From Oceanospirillaceae bacterium (lineage in GTDB: Bacteria; Pseudomonadota; Gammaproteobacteria; Pseudomonadales; Balneatricaceae), in contig JAGSHA010000001.1 of assembly GCA_023954795.1 (NCBI GenBank), positions 1-59,412 on the forward strand: 59,412 bases of DNA, in the 5' to 3' direction. A model generated the notes under the pieces. The model made no database searches. It worked only from the letters and a program-made list of their open reading frames with translations, and was not told the DNA's origin. This document shows positions 53,357 to 59,412 of the stretch, piece after piece. The position numbers and the translations under genes are program-made. Numbering within the stretch: position 1 is the first letter of the stretch; each line of letters starts with the position of its first letter.

Positions 53357-53989
53357 ATGAATATCGTGAATAGAACACGTATCAAAATCTGTGGGATTAC
53401 GCGACAAGAAGACGCGGATGCTGCAGTAACGGCAGGTGCTGACGCGCTGGGATTTGTATTCTATGAACCGAGTCCGCGTAATGTGAACGAGGATCAGGCA
53501 GCTGAGATTATTCGCAACCTGCCTGCATTTGTTACTAGTACGGCTTTATTTGTGAATGCAGATGTTGCGTTTGTTCAGCGTGTTATTGATTCAACAGGTT
53601 TGGATCTGCTGCAGTTTCATGGTGACGAAGATGTCGCTTATTGTGAGCAGTTTGATCGACCTTATATGAAAGCGATACGCATGAAGCCGGGTGTTGATAT
53701 ACAGGCTGAATGCGAACGTTATACCAGCGCCACGGCGATCTTGCTCGATGCTTATCGTCCGGGTGTTCCGGGTGGAACCGGAGAGTCTTTTGACTGGGAT
53801 CGAATCCCTTCAGGGTTGAAGAAACCTATTGTACTTGCCGGTGGTCTGGAACCGGATAATATTCGTAGAGCGGTTGAAACCGTGCGTCCCTTTGCCGTTG
53901 ATGTCAGCGGTGGTGTAGAAGCCAGCAAAGGGATTAAAGATAAAGCAAAACTTGAGAAGTTTACGTTAGAGGTAACCCGTGCCAAATAA
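53357..53989 (+). CDS. trpF: Phosphoribosylanthranilate isomerase
   Basis: KICGIT, GFVFY..SPR, LQFHGDE, GGTG, LAGGL, DVSGGVE. Confidence 0.96.
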   Translation: MNIVNRTRIKICGITRQEDADAAVTAGADALGFVFYEPSPRNVNEDQAAEIIRNLPAFVTSTALFVNADVAFVQRVIDSTGLDLLQFHGDEDVAYCEQFDRPYMKAIRMKPGVDIQAECERYTSATAILLDAYRPGVPGGTGESFDWDRIPSGLKKPIVLAGGLEPDNIRRAVETVRPFAVDVSGGVEASKGIKDKAKLEKFTLEVTRAK

Positions 53990-55199
53990 AGCTGATCTCT
54001 CCGCAATTGCGCAGATGCCCGATGAACGTGGGCATTTTGGTCCCTATGGTGGTCGTTTTGTATCCGAGACCCTAATGGCTGCCCTGAAACAGCTGGAGGA
54101 GACCTACGAGCGCTTGTGGCGAGACCCAGACTTTCAGGCCGAATTTGATAACGATCTGGCGCATTATGTTGGTCGTCCTTCACCGCTGTATCATGCGACC
54201 CACCTGACAAAGCTTTGCGGTGGCGCACAGATCTATCTTAAGCGTGAAGATCTGAACCACACCGGTGCGCACAAGGTGAACAACACTATTGGTCAGGCGC
54301 TGTTGGCGAAATACACCGGTAAGCCACGTGTTATCGCTGAAACAGGTGCCGGACAGCATGGTGTTGCATCGGCTACAGTCGCTGCCCGTTTAGGTCTGGA
54401 ATGTCAGGTATATATGGGTGCTGAAGATGTTCAGCGTCAGGCACTCAATGTTTATCGCATGAAACTGCTGGGCGCAGAGGTGATCTCTGTTGAGTCCGGT
54501 ACGCGCACGCTAAAAGACGCAATGAATGAAGCGATGCGTGATTGGGTGACCAACGTAGACGATACCTTCTATATCATTGGTACTGCTGCAGGTCCTCACC
54601 CGTATCCAAAGCTGGTACGTGATTTCCAGTCCGTTATTGGCCGTGAAGCGCGTGAACAGTGTCTGAAACAGGCGGGTCGTTTGCCTGATGCGCTGGTTGC
54701 ATGTGTTGGTGGTGGTTCTAACGCGATTGGATTGTTCCATCCGTTCATCGAAGACGGCGATGTCCGTATGGTCGGTGTCGAAGCAGGTGGTTACGGTGTT
54801 GAAACCGGACAGCATGCGGCACCACTGACGGCGGGGCGTCCCGGTGTATTGCATGGTAACCGTACTTATCTGATGGAAGATGATGCTGGTCAGATCATTG
54901 GTACTCACTCTGTATCAGCAGGTCTGGATTATCCGGGTGTAGGCCCTGAACACTCCTACCTGAAAGACACCGGTCGGGCGGAATACGTTGCAATCAATGA
55001 CGATGAGGCGATGGATGCTTTCCGTACGCTGACCCGTGTTGAGGGTATTATGCCGGCAATTGAGTCCAGTCACGCAGTTGCGCATGCAATGAAGATGGCA
55101 AAAGAGATGGACGAAGACCAGATCATCGTAGTGAATCTGTCTGGTCGTGGTGATAAAGATATTCATACTGTCGCACAGCTCGACGGTATTAAGGTCTGA
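53979..55199 (+). CDS. trpB: Tryptophan synthase beta subunit
   Basis: [49 protein letters not shown]. Confidence 0.99.
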   Translation: MPNKADLSAIAQMPDERGHFGPYGGRFVSETLMAALKQLEETYERLWRDPDFQAEFDNDLAHYVGRPSPLYHATHLTKLCGGAQIYLKREDLNHTGAHKVNNTIGQALLAKYTGKPRVIAETGAGQHGVASATVAARLGLECQVYMGAEDVQRQALNVYRMKLLGAEVISVESGTRTLKDAMNEAMRDWVTNVDDTFYIIGTAAGPHPYPKLVRDFQSVIGREAREQCLKQAGRLPDALVACVGGGSNAIGLFHPFIEDGDVRMVGVEAGGYGVETGQHAAPLTAGRPGVLHGNRTYLMEDDAGQIIGTHSVSAGLDYPGVGPEHSYLKDTGRAEYVAINDDEAMDAFRTLTRVEGIMPAIESSHAVAHAMKMAKEMDEDQIIVVNLSGRGDKDIHTVAQLDGIKV

Positions 55200-55223
55200 G
55201 TTTCAGGCCTGAATAGGACGGTA

Positions 55224-56036
55224 ATGGAAATGAATCGAATTGCAGCGTGTTTTGAACGCCTGAAAGAGCAGGGCCGCCAGGCCCTGATCCCTTATGTAAC
55301 TGCCGGTGATCCAGCCCCGGGTGTCACTGTGCCATTAATGCATGCGATGGTTGATGCGGGTGCCGATCTGATTGAATTGGGTATCCCATTCTCAGATCCA
55401 ATGGCTGATGGCCCAACAATTCAGCTGGCGTGTGAGCGTGCTCTGGAGCACAACACGCGTTTGATCGATGTGTTGGCTATGGTGAAAACCTTTCGAGAGA
55501 AAGATCAGCAGACCCCGGTTGTGTTGATGGGCTACCTGAACCCAATTGAAGTACTGGGTTATACATCCTTCGCAGAGCAGGCCGCAGCGGCTGGTATTGA
55601 TGGTGCGCTGATCGTTGATTTGCCGCCTGAAGAGGCTGAAGGTGAATTTGATAATGCAATGAAAGCCAATGGCTTGGATACGATTTATCTGTTGGCTCCA
55701 ACAACAGAAGAAAGTCGTATCGAACAGGTCTGTAATGCGGGTAGTGGCTACTTATACTATGTATCTGTAAAAGGTGTGACGGGCTCTGCTTCTCTGGATG
55801 TGCAGTCCGTAGCCGATAAGCTGGACGTGGTACGTAAGTATACGAACCTGCCTGTGGGTGTTGGCTTCGGGATTAAAGATGCTGAGTCTGCAAAGGCAGT
55901 ATCTGAAGTTGCAGACGGTGTTATTGTCGGCAGTGTACTGGTAAATAAAATAGCCTCGTTGGTAGAGCAGCAGGATGATATCCCTGCTCAGGTTTCCGCT
56001 ATTGTAGCGGAACTGCGTACCGCGATGGACGCGTGA
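55224..56036 (+). CDS. trpA: Tryptophan synthase alpha subunit
   Basis: [45 protein letters not shown]. Confidence 0.98.
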   Translation: MEMNRIAACFERLKEQGRQALIPYVTAGDPAPGVTVPLMHAMVDAGADLIELGIPFSDPMADGPTIQLACERALEHNTRLIDVLAMVKTFREKDQQTPVVLMGYLNPIEVLGYTSFAEQAAAAGIDGALIVDLPPEEAEGEFDNAMKANGLDTIYLLAPTTEESRIEQVCNAGSGYLYYVSVKGVTGSASLDVQSVADKLDVVRKYTNLPVGVGFGIKDAESAKAVSEVADGVIVGSVLVNKIASLVEQQDDIPAQVSAIVAELRTAMDA

Positions 56037-56074
56037 TTGAACTGACGCTTTAGTAAAGATTTGGAAATACATAC

Positions 56075-56935
56075 ATGAGTAACTGGCTGGAAAAAATCGT
56101 TCCCTCTCTGGTGCGTAGCGAAACTAAGCGCTCTAACATCCCGGAAGGTTTGTGGAAGAAGTGTCCTAAGTGTGATGCGCCGCTGTATCGTCCTGAGCTG
56201 GAAAAAAATCTGAGCGTATGTCCAAAGTGCGATCACCATATGCGTCTGGGCGCACGTAAGCGTTTAGAAGTATTTCTGGATGAGCAGAACCGTACTGAAA
56301 TCGCGGCCGAAGTTGAGCCAGTGGATCGTCTGAAGTTTAAAGACTCCAAAAAGTACAAGGACCGTCTGACGGCAGCTCAGAAAAATACTGAAGAGAAAGA
56401 CGCACTTGTTGCTATGCGCGGTGAGCTGAATGGGCAGCCGGTTGTCGCCGTGGCCTTTGAGTTCCAGTTCATGGGTGGCTCCATGGGTGCGGTGGTTGGT
56501 GAGCGCTTTGTGCGTGCAGCAAATATCAGTCTGGCTGAAGGTATTCCTCTGATCTGCTTCGCCGCTTCTGGTGGTGCGCGCATGCAAGAGGCGCTGTTCT
56601 CTCTGATGCAGATGGCTAAAACCAGTGCGGTATTGGAGCGTTTGAAGTCAAAAAGCATTCCATATATCTCTGTGCTGACTGATCCAGTTTACGGTGGCGT
56701 CTCTGCGAGTCTGGCGATGCTGGGTGATTTGAATATCGGTGAGCCAAAAGCTCTGGTCGGTTTTGCCGGTCCGCGTGTTATTGAGCAGACCGTGCGTGAG
56801 AAACTGCCAGAAGGCTTCCAGCGTAGTGAATTTCTGCTGGAGCACGGTCAGGTTGATATGATCATCCACCGTCACGAAATGCGTGAACGACTGGATTCGA
56901 TCCTGCGTAAGCTGACACGTCAGCCAGACGCCTGA
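56075..56935 (+). CDS. accD: Acetyl-CoA carboxylase carboxyltransferase beta subunit
   Basis: CPKC..CPKC zinc finger, [36 protein letters not shown]. Confidence 0.98.
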   Translation: MSNWLEKIVPSLVRSETKRSNIPEGLWKKCPKCDAPLYRPELEKNLSVCPKCDHHMRLGARKRLEVFLDEQNRTEIAAEVEPVDRLKFKDSKKYKDRLTAAQKNTEEKDALVAMRGELNGQPVVAVAFEFQFMGGSMGAVVGERFVRAANISLAEGIPLICFAASGGARMQEALFSLMQMAKTSAVLERLKSKSIPYISVLTDPVYGGVSASLAMLGDLNIGEPKALVGFAGPRVIEQTVREKLPEGFQRSEFLLEHGQVDMIIHRHEMRERLDSILRKLTRQPDA

Positions 56936-56971
56936 TATCGGACCTGTTTGATCGCAACGTAAGTTAAAAAT

Positions 56972-57012
56972 AGCCGGCAGTGATTTCCACGCTGCCGGCT
57001 TTTCTGTTTTTT
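56972..57012 (+). terminator. Intrinsic terminator after accD
   Basis: AGCCGGCAG...CTGCCGGCT followed by TTTCTGTTTTTT. Confidence 0.75.
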
Positions 57013-57025
57013 GTAGTAGGTGTTT

Positions 57026-58303
57026 ATGACACAACTAACTGATCGCTTTTCATTGAACGAGTGGTTGTCGTGGATTGAGGCATGCCATCCGGCGGAGATC
57101 GAGCTTGGCCTGGAGCGTGTGAGTCGTGTTGCTGATGATCTGGGTGTACGTACGCCAAAATCTAAAGTCATTACGATTGCGGGAACAAACGGTAAAGGGT
57201 CTACCGTCACCTATCTGGAGACAATTCTAGGAAAGGCAGGTTATAGCGTCGGGTGTTATACCTCTCCGCATTTTCGACACTACAATGAGCGAGTGCGTCT
57301 TAACGGTCAAAATATCTCCGATGAAGAACTGTGCCAGTCTTTCCGTGCCATCACCGCTGCACGCAAAGATACACCGTTGACCTACTTTGAATATGGCACA
57401 TTGGCCGCACTGGAAATCTTTAACCGTAAGCAGCCTGATGTCATCCTGCTTGAAGTTGGGTTGGGCGGGCGCCTTGACGCGGTGAACATCGTCGATGCAG
57501 ATGTGGCCGTGGTTACCAGTATCGCCATCGATCATGTGGATTGGCTGGGTGATGATCGTGAAGTCATTGGTCGGGAGAAGAGCGGTATTTTCCGGGCCGG
57601 ACGTCCGGCGATATGCGGTGAAGCAGACCCAACGGCATCAGTGGCTACTGTGGCTGATGAAACGGGTGCCGTGTTGTATCAGGTGGGTGATCAATTCGCA
57701 TATCAGGGCGATGCAGATGGATGGAACTGGCAGGGTGTTTGTCCGGTCGGAGAAAGTCTGCAGCTAGAGAGTCTGCCAATGCCTGCATTGCCTCTACCAA
57801 ACGCAGCAACAGCGTTACAGGTACTGGCCGTATTAGGGTTGGATGTGGCTGTCGACGCTATTCGTGAAGGTCTCGCTAGCGCGACGATGACTGGCAGAAT
57901 GCAGCGTGTTGAATTAGCACAGGGTTCTTGCTGGTTGGATGTGGCACATAATCCTGAGGCGGCGGAGTTGCTGGCAAAACGTCTGGCGGCAAAAGGTCAG
58001 CAAGTGCATATGGTGCTGGGGATGCTGGGCGATAAAGATTTTGCGTCGGTTATCGAGATTCTACGGCCACAAGTGTCATACTGGTATCTGGCAGACTTAG
58101 ATGTACCTCGAGGCCAAAAGGCAGAAATGCTGGCGAGCCATTTGACAGACGAAGTCGCTGCGGGATGTTGTCGTAGCTTCTTGTCTGTAGCGGATGCACT
58201 GGATGCCGCTCAGGTGCATTTAAGCCAGAACAATTGTTTGTTAGTTGCGGGTTCATTCTTTACGGTAAGTGATGCCCTCAATCATCTGGGAGTGGATGAG
58301 TAA
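57026..58303 (+). CDS. folC: Folylpolyglutamate/dihydrofolate synthase
   Basis: LGLERV, AGTNGKGST, TSPH..NERVR, LTYFE, LEVGLGGRLDAVN, DVAHNP, GSFFTV. Confidence 0.97.
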   Translation: MTQLTDRFSLNEWLSWIEACHPAEIELGLERVSRVADDLGVRTPKSKVITIAGTNGKGSTVTYLETILGKAGYSVGCYTSPHFRHYNERVRLNGQNISDEELCQSFRAITAARKDTPLTYFEYGTLAALEIFNRKQPDVILLEVGLGGRLDAVNIVDADVAVVTSIAIDHVDWLGDDREVIGREKSGIFRAGRPAICGEADPTASVATVADETGAVLYQVGDQFAYQGDADGWNWQGVCPVGESLQLESLPMPALPLPNAATALQVLAVLGLDVAVDAIREGLASATMTGRMQRVELAQGSCWLDVAHNPEAAELLAKRLAAKGQQVHMVLGMLGDKDFASVIEILRPQVSYWYLADLDVPRGQKAEMLASHLTDEVAAGCCRSFLSVADALDAAQVHLSQNNCLLVAGSFFTVSDALNHLGVDE

Positions 58304-58856
58304 GATGCAAGAGAAGCTGAAATACAGGTTGATTGGTCTGTTCGTTATCGTGTTGTCAGCCGGTATTCTGTTTCCACTGTTTTTTAATGGCGACGGGTAT
58401 CGTGAACGTCACTTGGAATCGGCGATTCCAGAAGTGCCTTTGCTGCCTGAAGTGGTGGCGATTGAGCCGCAATCGATAACGCTTCCTGATACGTCTGAAG
58501 TGGCTGCGCCTGAAGAACCACGCCCGGTGGTCAAAAAGTCGGCTGAACTGGTGAAAAAAATTGAACGCAAAAAGCCGGTTATTAATGTCGATGAAGACAA
58601 GCCCGTACTCGATAAGCAGGGGGTGCCTGTGGCCTGGACGCTACAGCTGGCAACCTTCAGTGACGAAGGGAATGCCAACGAGTTGCGCACACAATTGATC
58701 GGGGCTGGACACAAAGTGTACACCCGTCAAAACGGTACGTTGGTCAAGGTGTATGTTGGTCCGGACTTTCAGCGCTCGAATCTTGAATCACTCAAGACCC
58801 GGCTGAAAAAAGACCTGAATCTTGATGGCATTATCGTGCGTTTCTCTACTCGCTGA
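58296..58856 (+). CDS. dedD: SPOR domain cell-division protein DedD
   Basis: RLIG plus TM, Pro-rich linker, WTLQLATFS...VYVGP SPOR domain; folC-dedD-cvpA synteny. Start 58296 or 58305. Confidence 0.85.
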   Translation: MSKMQEKLKYRLIGLFVIVLSAGILFPLFFNGDGYRERHLESAIPEVPLLPEVVAIEPQSITLPDTSEVAAPEEPRPVVKKSAELVKKIERKKPVINVDEDKPVLDKQGVPVAWTLQLATFSDEGNANELRTQLIGAGHKVYTRQNGTLVKVYVGPDFQRSNLESLKTRLKKDLNLDGIIVRFSTR

Positions 58857-58905
58857 AGATAAAGGCCTCTGGTAGAATGCGCGCATCTTTCTTGGGTTGT
58901 TACAG

Positions 58906-59403
58906 ATGATGAATTGGGCTGACTGGGTCATACTGGCAATTATTGCCATCTCCTGCTTATTTAGTGTTCGGCGGGGCTTTATCAGAGAGGCTCTTTCCCT
59001 TGTTACGTGGGTTGCTGCCTTTATGATTGCGCGTACATTTTCGGGGCCTATGATCGAGTTGCTTCAACCCTATATCGAAACCCCTTCTCTACGTGTTGCA
59101 GCGGCATTTGCTAGTCTGTTTATAGTGACCCTCGTTGTAGGGGCGCTTATTGGACAGCTGTTTACAATGCTAATTCAGGCCACCGGTCTGAGTGCAACCG
59201 ACCGACTTCTAGGTATCGCATTTGGCGCCGCACGAGGTGGACTCGTGGTAGTGGTACTTGTGATGCTGGCAGGCCAGACGCCTGCTGTAGATGATCCTTG
59301 GTGGCGTGAATCACAACTGATTCCCCATTTTGCGTTGATGGAAGCCTGGACCAAAGAGGTCGCAGGCGATGTTGCAGACTTGATCTGGAACGCAGGACGC
59401 TAA
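58906..59403 (+). CDS. cvpA: CvpA family membrane protein
   Basis: NWADWVI, RGFIREALSL, GLSATDRLLG..FG..RG, WWRESQLIP. Confidence 0.93.
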   Translation: MMNWADWVILAIIAISCLFSVRRGFIREALSLVTWVAAFMIARTFSGPMIELLQPYIETPSLRVAAAFASLFIVTLVVGALIGQLFTMLIQATGLSATDRLLGIAFGAARGGLVVVVLVMLAGQTPAVDDPWWRESQLIPHFALMEAWTKEVAGDVADLIWNAGR

Positions 59404-59412
59404 GAATAAAAT

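Overview
Core-chromosome segment of a marine gammaproteobacterium. Gene order and protein style suggest Oceanospirillales (Neptunomonas/Amphritea-like); this is an inference. The window is densely coding. I saw no rRNA, tRNA, CRISPR array, IS element, integrase or prophage gene. Most of it is conserved Pseudomonas-like synteny: tatD-slt/uup-usp, topA-DUF6586/sulA-lexA/dinG-rhlB, gpsA-sixA, smr/prmB-aroC-speE-MFS, lysR/leuCDB-asd-usg-fimV-truA-trpFBA-accD-folC-dedD-cvpA. Less ordinary elements: (1) two PHA loci, a class I phaC with an A-W-C-I-G-G lipase box convergent with a DUF6351 tannase-like hydrolase, and DUF6489-phaR facing class III phaE-phaC, with candidate PhaR boxes at both loci and an identical 11-mer before the phaR and phaE start codons; (2) a Campylobacter CetB/CetA-like bipartite energy-taxis pair whose receptor keeps an intact CZB zinc site; (3) a tandem fimV pair whose upstream copy is anchorless with three LysM-like repeats; (4) a cluster of GGA-loop hairpins (CsrA/RsmA-site-like) just downstream of sulA. 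Family names come from motif recognition and memory, not database searches.
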